64,000 bases of DNA, taken from positions 34,412,001-34,476,000 of the forward strand of contig OZ249440.1 in the NCBI GenBank assembly GCA_965235115.1, written 5' to 3'. The stretch's first letter is position 1; the number at the start of each line of letters is the position of its first letter. Under the pieces are notes generated by a model. The model worked only from the letters and a program-made list of their open reading frames with translations. It was not told the origin of the DNA and searched no databases. This DNA is from Laetmonice hystrix. Lineage: Eukaryota. The translations under genes were made by a program, and so were the position numbers. This document shows positions 1 to 13,010 of this stretch, piece by piece.

Positions 1-3000
1 GGAAAGCAACAACGGTGGCAACTTAAGAAAGCCGACTGGCACTCCTTCCAGACCCTCTGTCGGGAGGAATTCACAGCAGACATCATTAACGATCCTGAAG
101 CAATGGATGATTTTACCTCGCTTTTAATCTCCATTGCAGATAGGACAGTTTCTAAAACCTCGACAATTCCCAAACATGTCTCAAATCCATGGTTTAATGA
201 AGACTGCAAGCAGGCAATTAAAGACCGGAAGAAAGCAGAACGCCTTTTCAACAGGCATCCAACTGCAGTGAACCTTACTAATTTTAAAATTATGAGAGCA
301 AGGGCACGCCGTATCTGCAAAGAGAGTCGGAGGCAGAGCTGGAGAGACTACGTCTCCAGCCTGACCTCTCGTACTCCTATCAAAAAAGTCTGGAACATGA
401 TACGGAAACTTAAAGGCAAGGGAGGTAGTTCTGGAGTCCAACACTTAAAACACCAAGACACCCTACTAACCACCACAGATGAAATAGCAAATAAACTAGC
501 CAAAACCTTTGAAACAAACTCCTCCTCCAGGAACTGCCTCCCTCAATTCCAAGCCATTCGTGCTCGAAAAGAGAAACAAAAACTAAATTTCCACTCTGAC
601 AACACAGAAGAGTATAACCAACTCTTTTCCATTGAAGAACTAAGATGCTCTCTTAAAAAATCACACGACACTGCAGTTGGACCTGACAAAATACATTACC
701 AATTCATAAAACATCTACCTGACACCACCCTTCTCATTCTCCTTCACATTTTCAACAATATCTGGATATCTGGTAATGTACCCCTTTCCTGGCAAGAAGC
801 AATAATCATCCCCATCCCAAAACCAGGAAAAGACCATAGTGAAGCTAACAATTACAGACCAATAGCCTTAACAAGTTGCCTGTGCAAAACCATGGAGAGA
901 ATGATCAATGATCGCCTCGTCTGGAAGCTTGAATCTGAACAACTCATCACTGATTTTCAGTGTGGCTTCCGGCGAGGGAGAAGTACTTTGGATCATCTGA
1001 TCAGACTTGAGACATACATCCGAGATGCTTTTATCAACCGTGAACATGTTGTTGCCGTCTTTTTCGACCTTGAAAAGGCATACGACACAACATGGAAGTA
1101 CGGCATTTTAAAAGATTTACATGATATGGGTTTTAGGGGGCGTTTGCCCCTTTTCATATCTCAGTTTTTATCCACCAGACATTTTCAAGTGAGAGTAGGC
1201 ACGACCCTGTCTGACTTGCATGACCAAGAATTAGGTGTGCCTCAGGGAAGCATTTTGTCTGTTACCCTTTTTAGTATTAAGATCAACAGCATTGTTAACT
1301 CGGTTAAAACTGGCGTGCCCTGCAGCCTGTTCGTCGATGACTTTGACGTCTGCTGCAGAGGCAAAAACATGAATGCCATTGAGAGACAGCTCCAACTTTG
1401 TCTCAACAGAATCCACACTTGGTCCGTGGAAAACGGTTTTAAATTTTCAAAATCTAAAACAGTCTGCATGCATTTCTGCAAACTGCGTGCTTTCCACCTT
1501 GACCCCGAGTTGACAATGGATGGAGATCCTATCAAGGTCGTTAAAGAGACAAAGTTTCTGGGACTCACTTTTGACAGCAAGCTGTCTTTTATCCCTCACA
1601 TTAAATCACTCAAATCCAGATGCCTTAAGGCTCTGGATGTTCTCAAGGTTTTATCTGGCACAAACTGGGGGGCAGACAGTACAGTCCTTTTACAACTGTA
1701 CAGAGCTTTAATCCGGTCGAAGCTCGATTATGGTAGCATAGTTTATGGTTCTGCTTGTAAGTCTTACATTCGGCTTTTGGACACGGTTCACCACCAGGGT
1801 TTGCGGCTTTCACTTGGGGCTTTTAGAACGTCCCCTGTTCAGAGTCTCTATGTGGAGGCCCGAGAGCCATCACTCGACAACAGGCGTCTGAAGCTGGCTC
1901 TGCAATATGCAGTCAAGCTCGGGACAAACAGTTCAAATCCAGCTTACAATTGCGTTTTTCACCCTCAGTTCCAACATTTATATGAAAGAAAGGAAACGTA
2001 CATACGTCCTTTTGGACTGATGGTGAAACCTCATCTAGAGGAACTGGATATTGATCTGAACGTCCTGGGGCAGACACATTTTTGCAACATTCCTCCTTGG
2101 GACCTGGAAAAGCCTGACATCATTCTTCAGTTGGCTAAACTGAAGAAGTCAGAGACTCATCCCCTGACATATTTTGAACATTTTCTTGACGTCCAGGCAA
2201 GGTATCCCTCACATTATGCCTTCTATACTGATGGCTCAAAGGATGGCAGTGATGTGTCTGCGGCTGCAGTTCATGGCAAGCACAACTTCGGCACCCGCAT
2301 CTCAGGGCAAAGTTCCATCTTCTCAGCAGAGAAGCCCTGCTTCTTGCCCTTCAAAATATTGAAGTTTCTAGTGAAAAGGACTTCCTCATTTTCTCGGATT
2401 CCTTATCCTGTCTGCAAGCACTTGCTAACTTGAACACAGATCACCCAGTGATCGTTCAAATCTTGTCCAAGGTGGCAGTGCTTGCCAATGCAAACTTTGA
2501 TATTCACTTTTGCTGGGTGCCTGGTCATGTTGGCATCCCGGGCAATGAGCAAGCTGACAGAACTGCCAAGAGGGCTCTTGAAACAGACGTCGAACTTTGT
2601 CCAATCCCAGCCTCTGACCTCAGACCTACCATCTGGGCATACATTAAGAACAAATGGCAGGCCGAATGGGATGAACAACCAAACAATAAATTGTATCAGA
2701 TCAGTCCTGTCGTGAACCAAAGGTGTCTTCACGGCCTAACCCAACGTAGGCATGAAATTGTTTATACTCGATGCAGGATTGGTCATTCTAGATTAACCCA
2801 CGTGTTTTTATTGAAGGGGGAGCCACCTCCAGAGTGTCATGGCTGTCAGTGTCCTTTGACACTGAAGCATGTTTTACTTGAGTGTGGTGATTTTACTCTG
2901 ATCAGACAACGGTTTTATAGTGAGACAAGTCTTAAGGATCTTTTTATCAATGTCAGACCAGGAGTGATTTTAGAGTTTTTGTCAGAAGCTGGACTTCTGA

Positions 3001-3192
3001 CTCTTTTATAGTTCAGGCTCGTCGATAGCCCGGTTGGGCTGACAGGATAGAGTGTGTTTTAATGATATTCCCGTTGGGGCCCGGGATAAAATAGGTTCCT
3101 TTCATTTCATGGTCTTTTAACCCTGTTTTCGCCGTGAAGATGGCCCCGGATGCCGGCACGGCAGAAAACCACCACTACTCACTCTCACTCAC
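1..3192 (+). mobile_element. I-group (Nimb-like) non-LTR retrotransposon, 3' part (ORF2, 3' UTR, TCAC tail); continues beyond window start
   Basis: RT motifs YRPIALTS, QCGFRRGRST, FFDLEKAYD, GVPQGSILS, FVDD; RNase H YTDGS and WVPGHVGIPGNE; C-terminal CxxC...H...C; ends in ctactcactctcactcac. Confidence 0.95.
103..3011 (+). pseudogene. LINE ORF2 (RT + RNase H + zinc finger), open except one frameshift near 2330
   Basis: ORFs 103..2433 and 2430..3011 join; gcagagaagccctgc here versus gcagaggcccgggccctgc in other copies shows a small deletion. Confidence 0.92.
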
Positions 3193-3923
3193 ATCAAGCA
3201 GGGCAGCAAAAGTCACAGAAGGACTATTGTTGCGTGCAACATAGCCCTTAGTGACCCCCCACACCTGTTCAATGGCATTCAACTCCGGCCTGTACGGAGG
3301 CAAAAAAATCACCTCATGGCCATGACGTGCCGCGATCTCGTTCACACGGAGGGTGACTTCTGGGCGATGGTGTTGAAGGAAGTCGACTATGGCTTTCTTG
3401 GTGGCAAGCGGACTGCCTGCGTGTTGGTGCTGTCCAGGCACAGAGCCAGCTTGCCATGCCGACTTGACCTCCCTGGCTGGTAACGTCGTCCAGTAGGTGA
3501 GCCGGTGTCGCTCATCAGTAGGGCGTTTGTGGTACGCAGCATTGTCCAGCAGAAATGTACTGGCACCCAGTCGGTCCGCTGCCAAGCTGCACATTTCTGT
3601 GAACAGTTCCTACAAAATACAGAACAAAAACAGAATCTTTAGAAACATTATGAACTGGATTTGAGTTAACTGTAAGAGTTTGTATATATTTAGTATATTT
3701 ACTTTCGTAAGACCTCATAAATTCATGCTTCTTTAATCCGTATACCTCACGCTTCGAACACACTTTCTGGTGGCCTCGTCTCCCATGTTCTATTTAAAAT
3801 GTTTCTGTAATCTGTATGTTTTTACAACCTGAACACATTTTGATGGGCACCAAACTGTTCGGATATATTTTTATATTTCTTTTATTATAATTTTTAAACT
3901 TTTTCTATGTACACATGTAAGTC

Positions 3924-4179
3924 CACCTGATATACAGCACAAAAAGACATGCATGTTATATTAAGACACGGCAGTTTACACTATCAAGACAGAAGACATT
4001 CACAGCACATGATATACAGCACAAAAAGACATGCATGTTATATTAAGACACGGCAGTTTACACTATCAAGACAGAAGACATTCACAACACCTGATATACA
4101 GCACAAAAAGACATGCATGTTATATTAAGACACGGCAGTTTACACTATCAAGACAGAAGACATTCACAGCACATGATAT
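3924..4179. repeat. Tandem repeat, 82-bp unit x about 3.1, inside a transposase intron
   Basis: Near-identical units start at 3924, 4006, 4088, 4170. Confidence 0.95.
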
Positions 4180-4212
4180 GACCATTTATACTTACAAAAC
4201 AGAACATACCTG

Positions 4213-4334
4213 GGCCCGGTTCGCGATACTAAGACATCTTGCTTAAGCATAAGCTTAACATTTCTGATTGGCTGATTGCCACACATTTAAGCTGCCTTGC
4301 TTAAACCGGTGACAGCTAGCCAATCAACCGGGCC
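4213..4334. mobile_element. PIF/Harbinger-type MITE
   Basis: TIR ggcccggtt/aaccgggcc, CTG on both sides. Confidence 0.75.
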
Positions 4335-6257
4335 CTGGTCTATATACCAATGGTATATACCAGGGGTTCCTTGGGTGACTAACTTTTTAGGGTTACTTTG
4401 CTGAGCTTAATTATAAGGGTGAGCAAAAAGTTCTTAGGGACGAGTGCAATTCGAATGATCACTGGTCCCGTGGGCGAGTGGGGTTCCTTATGTTGTGATA
4501 AAACATACCTCAAAATGCTGCCCATTCATTGCTGAATGGTAGTCTGTGGAGGATGGGTTGCTCCTGAAGATGTTCTTTACCAGCCAACCATCTCTACTTC
4601 CAGCACCAACCAGAATATACCTTGGGTCTTTGCCACTGGGAATGAAAATCTGAAAAGACATTAAAGGAATGTATTAATTGGGTGTCCCCAATGGAAGTTT
4701 GTTTTTTTAATACACAGTAAGGCCTAGTAAATTAATTTTCCTTGACTGTGATTCTTAAGTTTCATTCATAAATCTATGTTGGTATTAGATTTTTTTCATT
4801 TAGACTATATGATGAAGAAAATATATATTTGTTTGAAATTGAAAACATGTAAAACAGTTACCTGTGAGCCCTTCTTAAGCCAGCATCGTCGAGCATTGTG
4901 GCTTTTATTTACGAATGACTCGTCCACGTAGACGATGTGGTGACCTGCCCTTCGGGCAGCTTGCACTGCCTCTAGGTAATGCAGGCGTAGCACCTGCATA
5001 TCCTTGCTCTCGTGTACAAGGAGAGTCTGGCCAGCTGCTGGCTGGGCATATTTGTACCCTAACTGAAAAATGAAATTAATAGAGCAATGTATTGAAGTTA
5101 TAACAAAACATGTCAGCAAAAAAGATTTTCTGCACACTTTTCATTTTCATGATTGCGCCATACTGGTAGGAACGCACGGTTTGTTGGTGTCTGATCGATT
5201 AGCAATGAATTGCAAACCATTTTGACTTTGATTTTATCTTGCACAATCGTAATATGGAGTTCCAAACTGCATTGTGAATCCAGATAAATAATGCCCTGCA
5301 CTCTACACCAATGGATCAAGGGGGTACATGGCAACCAATTTTTCTCCCCCCCCTAGAACTTTCATTGACCCCCCCCCCCCCACCTTAGCAAATTCTTCCC
5401 CTGAAACCCCCTTGACCAAAATCCTGGATCTCCCTCTGTCTACAAGAGCAAGTTTCTTACCTGATGAAGCAGTTTGGACAGAAGGCTTGCTGACACCACA
5501 ATTCCATTGTGAAAATCCAGCCGACTTCTGATGAGTTTTAAGGTGGGGGAGATGCCGTAGTTGTGCATCTTGGAGATGTGGTCATTGATCTGTGATACCA
5601 GTAAACAGGACATGGGTCATGTGCATGACAAAAAGATAAACATGTACACAGCTTTTACAAATTTGTGTAGGTTACAAAGGGTTCATGGTTCTTGATGCAA
5701 TGTTTTTTTAAGAGGTTTTAGATCTATCGTTATAATGCATACAGCATAATTATAACACCTACTTCGCCATTTCTTCTAAATACACATGTAAAAAACTCAA
5801 CTCAAGATTGTATTTTTACTGAGAAAATAATCTAAGGAAAACATTGGTTTATGATACATTAATCAATATTGGGGCATATCCATACCTTGGTGATGAGCTT
5901 CCTTTGCTGACCATCATCCTGGCGCTTCCAGGTGCCACGTTTGTCTCGAGTGGCCGCTGGCCAGCTCCCTGCTTCCACAGCACTTTTAAATTTCTGGATC
6001 GTGTTGAGTCCAGTCAATCTGGCAGCTCTGTTAATGAATAAAATGGATCATTGACTAATTATTCCCTACCTAAACATTTCAGCCACTATTCATCCCAACA
6101 CACATGGACATAGTGATTATTCTCCATGATAATTATTAGATAGCTTGAATTATTATTAACTCTATACTGCAGCTATATTTTCTTCCCTTGCAACTAATGT
6201 AATGAGCATCTTCCAGACACTTTGAGGGGGGTGTCATTGTGATTTCAAAACAAGAGT

Positions 6258-7850
6258 ACCGTAAAATGGGGTTACTTTGGCCCACTTTTTCTACTTTTTA
6301 ATAAATTGATCGTATTCTAAGGATGTGTTCAGGGATATTTATAGATGTAACCTGAAGCTGCTCAACATGTCTATCTAATATACGTTTGCCCATATAGAAT
6401 CAACAACAGGAAGACTATGTTTTTAACTGAAATCGGCTGGGCCAGTGGGTAAGGTCAAATCTAAAAGTTAAATGGGTGTTAACGCTAGGTATTAAGAAAG
6501 TGTTCTATAAATCGGAAATTTGACCTCGTCCTGTGTGTTTACTTAACACTGAGTTAACACTGTCTCAACAACGTGTTAACACCTAAAACACACCTTGGAA
6601 ACACCTAAATAACTCAGGTGTCCCCTTAATCTCAGTAAGGTCCCAGGTGTCGTTGGAATACCATAGAAAACCTATACATAAAGTGTTAACGGCCTGTGGG
6701 TTAACACCTGAGACAGGTCAAAACTCAGAGTCAAGCTTATTCCTTATTCCACAGGTAGGAGTGGCGACCAGGTGTGGCTGATGTGTCAGGAAAGTGTTAC
6801 CTGAGTTTTTTTCAAAGTATTAACAAGGTGTTGTCAAAATGTTAACTGGAGCATAGTGTTAAAGGTCCAGGTTAACGCTTCTTCCTGAGATAACACCTGG
6901 ATAATCCAGGCGTATAGTTAACTCTCATATTTGACCTCACCCAATGTTACCCTGGCTTCGGGGTAACTTTGGCCCACATATATTTTCTCTCTCGTTTTCT
7001 CTTTTTTCTTTGATTTTTCTCACATGTTTTCTCACATGTTTTAATATGTGGGGTAGAATTAACATTTTCAACATTAAATAATTCACTTATAATTCAACAT
7101 GAACATCAATTTCTCCCATTTTTGTCACAGTAGCTTTCTGGCATTTCATTATCAAAAATGTATCAATTCATTATAATTAGAAAAAATTTTCATTTTTCGA
7201 CATTAAAATTAATTTCATTCATTTATCATTAACATTCAGACCTCATTTTCAACATTTCCTCCATTTTTGTTTAGGAGGCCTAACATGAACATCAAATTTG
7301 TCCAGTTCTTTCACCTGCCTCGAGGGTTGTTAGTATGATAGAATATCTCGTCGGGTGTTGCTGGCCACTTCCAGTTGACGCCGCTAGGGTGCATCACATT
7401 CACCATAGCACCATCCGACTCAGCCCTCGCTACATTGCCGGGATATCTGTCACCGTTATATTCGACAATAACATATTGCCCCATCTGGACGGTCTGACAG
7501 TTTGTGTCTTCCGCATCTTCCACTGAATCATCACTCTGTTCACTGTCATCTTGACGGTTTGTGTCTTCCGCATTTTCCACTGAATCATCAATCTGTTCAC
7601 AGTCTTCTTCACTGCCATCTTCGCTCTCATCTCCATCACCCGCTGCTCTAATATCCTCGAAGAATATGCTTTTTCCTGCTGGAACACTCAGTTTGCTTCT
7701 CTTCCGTGGTTTTGCTTTAGGTCCTCGCAGGTCAGTCAGGTGCTCCAGAAAGCTGTCACTGAGGCTGGTGTTATGCTGGTTAACATCTGGTAACCGCTGG
7801 AGGATTTCATTTCCGTTCACAGGATGTATGCCGCATTTCCGGAATTTAAA
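6258..7850 (-). mobile_element. pogo-like DNA transposon, 3' fragment (transposase C-terminus and one end)
   Basis: FRKCGIHPVN, acidic tract, GQYVIVEY...YPG...WKWP in 7311-7850; end taccgtaaaatggggttactttggccc, with subterminal ggggtaactttggccc at 6960. Confidence 0.7.
6443..6946. mobile_element. MITE nested in the pogo fragment
   Basis: TIR cagtgggtaaggtcaaat / atttgacctcacccaatg; many internal gttaac palindromes. Confidence 0.6.
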
Positions 7851-7851
7851 A

Positions 7852-8636
7852 TGCCGTACTTCCATGTTGTGTCGTATGCCTTTTCAAGGTCAAAAAAGAC
7901 GGCAACAACATGTTCGCGGTTGATAAAAGCATCTCGGATGTATGTCTCGAGTCTGATCAGATGATCCAGAGTACTTCTCCCTCGCCTGAAGCCACACTGA
8001 AAATCAGTGATGAGTTGTTCAGATTCAAGCTTCCAGACGAGGCGATCATTGATCATTCTCTCCATGGTTTTGCACAGGCAACTTGTTAAGGCTATTGGTC
8101 TGTAATTGTTAGCTTCACTATGGTCTTTTCCTGGTTTTGGGATGGGGATGATTATTGCTTCTTGCCAGGAAAGGGGTACATTACCAGATATCCAGATATT
8201 GTTGAAGATGTGAAGAAGAATGAGAAGGGTGGTGTCAGGTAGATGTTTTAAGAATTGGTAATGTATTTTGTCAGGTCCAACTGCAGTGTCTTGTGATTTT
8301 TTAAGAGAGCATTTGAGTTCTTCAATAGAGAAGAGTTGGTTATACTCTTCTGTGTTGTCAGAATGGAAGTTACGTTTTTGTTTCTCTTTTTGAGCACGAA
8401 TGGCTTGGAATAGAGGGAGGCAGTTCCTGGAGGAGTTTGTTTGAAATGTTTTGGCTAGTTTGTTTGCTATTGCATCTGTGGTGGTTAATAAGGTCTTTTG
8501 ATGTTTTAAGTGTTGAACTCCAGTACCACCTCCCTTGCCTTTAAGTTTCCGGTCCAGATTTTTGTGATGGGAGTACGAGAGGTGGTTTAACAGGCAAACG
8601 CCCCCTAGATTTTATTTTGGGGGAAAGGCTGCGACT
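7852..8636 (-). mobile_element. Nimb-like LINE fragment (end of ORF1 fused by deletion to ORF2 RT N-terminus)
   Basis: Reverse complement matches about 370-1110 and 12950-13007. Confidence 0.92.
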
Positions 8637-8639
8637 AGG

Positions 8640-10590
8640 TAAGAGTAAGTAAGTAAGAGATATGTTTATTAGCAACCATAAAAGTATAGTTGGATTTGGT
8701 ACATTAGGATATTTAAAAAATGAATAAGTATAAATACATTGGTAGAATTGATTAAGACACAATTGGTTAAAACACAATAATAAAAATTTGGATTAAACAA
8801 TTTAAACATACGCGATAACATCGTTATTGGCAGTTACTAAGGCACCATGGGATAAGAGAATTCTGGAACCGACTAGTTTTACACCTAATAAGAGGATATT
8901 CGTGGCACAACCTTAGATTGTATTGCACTTTTCTTGTGTCTGGCAGTAGGTGGTGAAGTTTGTGGTCTTTTTTCTTAATATTGTTAAAATTTTTAGTACA
9001 TAAAACACCTCTTCTAAAGTCCAGACGTGGGATCCCCACACGGTCCAGTGCGCCCATATAACTCATATCCGGGTAAATAGCTTTCATTGCTCTTTTCTGA
9101 ATAATTTCTATTTTATCCGACAAATATGCAGGTAGGTTCGTGCTCCATACTGGACAGGCATACTCAATCACTGGACGGACCACAGATAAATAAATTCTAA
9201 GTCCTTCTGTTTGATGCCAGCACGCTTCAGTTGGTATAGCATATATATGCGTTTGCTGGCCTTGCACACGATATTGTCCACATGTATATTCCAGGTGAGA
9301 TCGCAGGAAATTGTCACGCCCAGTATCTTGGCACTGTCTATTCTCTGGATCTCCGCGCCACCCATAACAATATTTGGTAAAACACTGGAATGAGATTTAT
9401 TTTTAGTAAAATCGATAAGAAGTTCATGAGTCTTAGTAGCATTAATTTGCATGTCATTTAGGCGAGACCAGTGCTGTGCCATGTCAGCGGCCTGCTGTAG
9501 CTTAGACACAGAGTCTGATTCAGCCGATTCCTGGAGTGTGGAACGGCTTCCTGTAGGACATACTTCATAGATGGTGCTGTCGTCCACATATTTATAGGTG
9601 GGACATGGGGTGGTTAGGTCATTTATATGAACCAGAAAGTCCTTCGGGCCCGACAGGGTACCGCGGGGTACCCCTCCGTTTGGAGATCCAGTGTCAGATA
9701 CCGCCTCCCCGATTCTCACACAGTGCTGCCGATCAAGAAGGAAGGCTGCCATCCACCTAAGCAAATGTTGGGGTAAGCCCATGTATTGCAGCTTCAAAAT
9801 GAGGATTTCGTGATTAATTAGGTCATAAGCCTTGGAAAAATCAAGGAGAAGCACACGAACGCAGTTTGTATTCGAGTCAGTTGCTTCGTACCACTGGTGC
9901 ACCATTTCTACAAGTGCGTCCGTGGTGCATGTCCCGGCTATTGACCCGAACTGTCTGCTATCGAGGTGCGGTTGAATGAACTGGTCGACCCACCTCAGCA
10001 CTAACGATTCAAAGACTTTGCACGCAATAGGAGTCAGTGATATTGGTCGTAGGTCTTTCTCAATCCCGGGATAAAATAGGTTCCTTTGGTTTTATGGTCT
10101 TATAACTCTGTTTTCGCCGTGAAGATGGCCCCGGATGCCGACATGGCGCAAAACCACCACTACTCACTCACTCCTTTCTCAATCAGTGCAGGTGGGTGTT
10201 TCTTTGGCAGGGGGACAATAGTAGCAGACTTCCACAATCCTGGTACGACACCTTCCCTCAATGAGCTATTGTAGATGGAAGTTAAAGGAGCAGCCAACGC
10301 ATCAGCATACTCGCGAAGTAGCCATGCAGGGATGTCGTCGGGTCCAGTAGCTTTATTAACCTTAACTTTGCGTAGCACTGCCAATGTGTCCTCCACGGAG
10401 ATGGTAAAGACAGAAGGTATGGGTTCCTGAACGTCGAACACAGGATGACTGTCAGTTAGCCTTGGCATATCACCGCTAACCGCCACAAAGAAGTCATTAA
10501 TTCTGTTAGCTAAGGATTGCATATCTCCTCCTGTGAGGCTGTTGGCCATGCTTGCAAGTTTTGAATCACCTTGTTTAGATAAACCCATCA
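8640..10590 (-). mobile_element. 5'-truncated CR1-group (L2/Crack/Daphne-like) LINE inserted in Nimb ORF1
   Basis: KATGPDDIP, DLRPISLTP, LLDFSKAYD, GVPRGT, KYVDD, LGVTISCDLTW; 3' end aataaa then (TTAC)n; Nimb ORF1 continues on both sides. Confidence 0.9.
10066..10173 (+). mobile_element. Nimb-like 3' stub (108 bp) inserted in the CR1-group RT
   Basis: 3' UTR plus TCAC tail; TSD ctttctcaatc at 10055-10065 and 10174-10184. Confidence 0.95.
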
Positions 10591-10594
10591 GCAG

Positions 10595-11300
10595 TAGTAG
10601 CAGTCGTAGCATCAGCCATTTCAACATCTTCAAGATGTTGAAATTTGTTTGTCAGTGCTATTGCACTATTGTTGGAGGCTGCCTTGGGCAGCCGATCTGT
10701 GAGTATTTTCTTTTTGGGTTGATCTTTTTTTGTAGTTGGCTCTTTGGTACTCGGTTGATCTTTTTTCGGAGATGGGTCTTTGGTACTCGGCCCGGCCTGT
10801 GGAGGAGGAACCGAGATTGTCTGGCTTTGTGTTGAGGCGGCTTTTTTAGGTGGCTTACTCGAGACGGCTTTCTTAGGTGGTTCGTTTGTGCTGTCAGCGG
10901 GATCAGGGTAGGTCACAGGTTTATCCCCCTTGACCCACACCATCTCCGTTTGACAAGCGAAAGTCCGTGTGGTAGGCTTAACAGCGGCAGCATAGGTTTT
11001 AACTGTTGGTGGAAGCAGATATTGCTCCACCAATTTGCGTGCTTCTGGGAAACTAAGTTTTCTCTCTGTTTTAACCTTCAGGATTTCTTTCTCCTTTTTC
11101 CACGTGGAGCATTCGCGTGAAACGGTAGAATGACCTTGCACATTTGGCAGGCTTTTCACAGCTTGTATGGTCATGTCCTGTTTCAGCGCACTGAGAACAT
11201 TTTGAACATACACGAGTCGGTCCCATGCCCAAACCTCTGGCACTTAAAGCAACGCAGGGATTTGGGATGTAGGGATCAACTTTTACCTTTAGAAAGCCAA
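10595..11300 (-). mobile_element. Nimb-like LINE ORF1, C-terminal half (same copy as 7852-8636)
   Basis: GFLKVKVDPY...WKKEKEILKVKTERKLSFPEARK...EDVEMADAT. Confidence 0.92.
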
Positions 11301-11747
11301 GGGGGGACTTGTTTGCCGTGAGTCGCGACTCGTGTCGGTGGAGGAAGAGGTCCTGGTACCTGAGGACGGTGAATTGCTGCGGCTTTTCACAGGTCCAACA
11401 CGGTGCTTTGGCTCCTACTTCACCTAGACGGGAGGTTGGAGAGGCCCGATCCAATCAATCGGCTGGTCACGCCTTGCCTAGGATTTTTTGTATTGAGTAC
11501 GCCTTACAGTGACTTTAATTCTCTTATACATTAGGCAACATCTATCGTAACTATTTCTTCTTTATTGCTAGAAGGCGGTGGCTTAGGGTCAATCAAGTAA
11601 TGGCAACACCCTCTTTCGTTCCATTGCTTGAGTATACCAACCCTATATCCTTGGTTTGCAACTGCTGGTTACCGCAGCTCTGCACTTCCCCTTGTTGGGC
11701 TCCGTGGAGGGTGGGGAATAGGGTTGGTGAAACACTCTAACACAAAC

Positions 11748-13010
11748 ATGACATCAAACAATCCCCCAAAAAGAAAACTACTGAAACTAACGGACTCTGA
11801 CTCGGACCGGTTTATGGAGAATGAACACTTGACGGAATCGCCTCGTTTTATCATTGTTGAATCGGCAGAAGCTGAACGACCAATATCTAAGCTATCCCCT
11901 TTTGCCATACATAAATGCATATTGGGGATAGCTGGAACAGTCAAAGATTGTAAACGTTTGAGGTCTGGCCAACTGTTGGTGGAGTGTGCCACGAAGGCCC
12001 AATCTCCAAACCTGCTGAGTGCCACAGTACTCGCAGGTTACAGTATTAAGGCCTCTCGTCACCGGACGCTCAACTCCAGCAGGGGTGTTATCAGAACAAA
12101 CTCTCTTGACACTACAACTGAACAGGAGATCCTTGCTGGGTTGAGCTGGCAAGGTGTGTCGGAAGTCAGAAGATTGATAGTGAAACGAGATGGTAACACC
12201 ATCAAGACACACACCTATTTTCTGACATTCGACAGGCCCACTCTACCAGATGAACTCGAGATTGGCTTTCTGAAGGTAAAAGTCGATCCCTATATCACAA
12301 ATCCTCTGCGTTGCTTCAAGTGCCAGAGGTTTGGGCATGGGACCGACTCATGTAGAAATGAACAAAAATGTTCTCAGTGCGCTGAAACAGGACATGGCCA
12401 TACAAGCTGTGAAAAGCCTGCTAAATGTGCCAACTGCGGGCAAGGTCATTCCACTGTTTCACGCGAATGCTCCGTGTGGAAAAAGGAGAAAGAAATCCTA
12501 AAGGTTAAAACAGAGAGAAAACTTAGTTTCCCTGAGGCACGCAAATTGGTGGAGCAATATTTGCTTCCACCAACAGTTAAAACCTATGCTGCCGCTGTTA
12601 AGCCTACCACACGGACTTTCGCTTGTCAAACGGAGATGGTGTGGATCAAGGAGGACAAACCTGTGACCTACCCTGATCCCGCTGACAGCACAAATGAACC
12701 ACCGAAGAAAGCCGTCTCGAGTCAGCCACCAAAAAAAACCTCAACACAGAGCCAGACAACCTCGGTTCCTCCTCCACAGGCCGGGCCGAGTACCAAAGAA
12801 CCATCTCCGGAAAAAGATCAACCAAGTACTAAAGAGCCATCTACAAAAAACATCAACCAAAAAAGAAAATAATGACAGATCAGCTGCCCAAGGCAGCCTC
12901 CAACAATAGTGATTCAAGATGTTGAAATGGCTGATGCTACAACTTGTCGTAGTCGCAGCCTTTCCCCCAAAATAAAATCTAGGGGGCGTTTGCCTGTTAA
13001 ACCACCTTGA
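11748..13010 (+). pseudogene. LINE ORF1 gag-like nucleic-acid chaperone with three CCHC zinc knuckles; small indels near the C-terminus
   Basis: CFKCQRFGHGTDSC, CSQCAETGHGHTSC, CANCGQGHSTVSREC; likely start MTSNNPPKRK at 11748. Confidence 0.9.

Larger units (their letters stand above)
3192..5590 (-). pseudogene. Intron-containing IS630/Tc1-mariner DDE transposase with long D-E spacing (DD91E, Sailor-like); 3' end cut by the LINE
   Basis: Exons about 5461-5590, 4862-5060 (IVYVDESFVN), 4509-4650 (RYILVGAGSRDG, DYHSAMN), 3192-3613 (LLDNAAYH, FLPPYRPELNAIEQVWG). Confidence 0.8.

Noticed and set aside
3924..4179. CRISPR-like array
   Set aside because: Whole 82-bp units repeat with no unique spacers; eukaryotic context and no cas genes
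7311..7865. Single 184-aa gene
   Set aside because: Chimera: the start comes from antisense-frame LINE sequence and the rest from a pogo C-terminus
11628..11747. Extended ORF1 N-terminus (MSIPTLYPW...)
   Set aside because: Starts at TTG; the ATG at 11748 is shared by three copies and is the more plausible start, though an upstream start is not excluded
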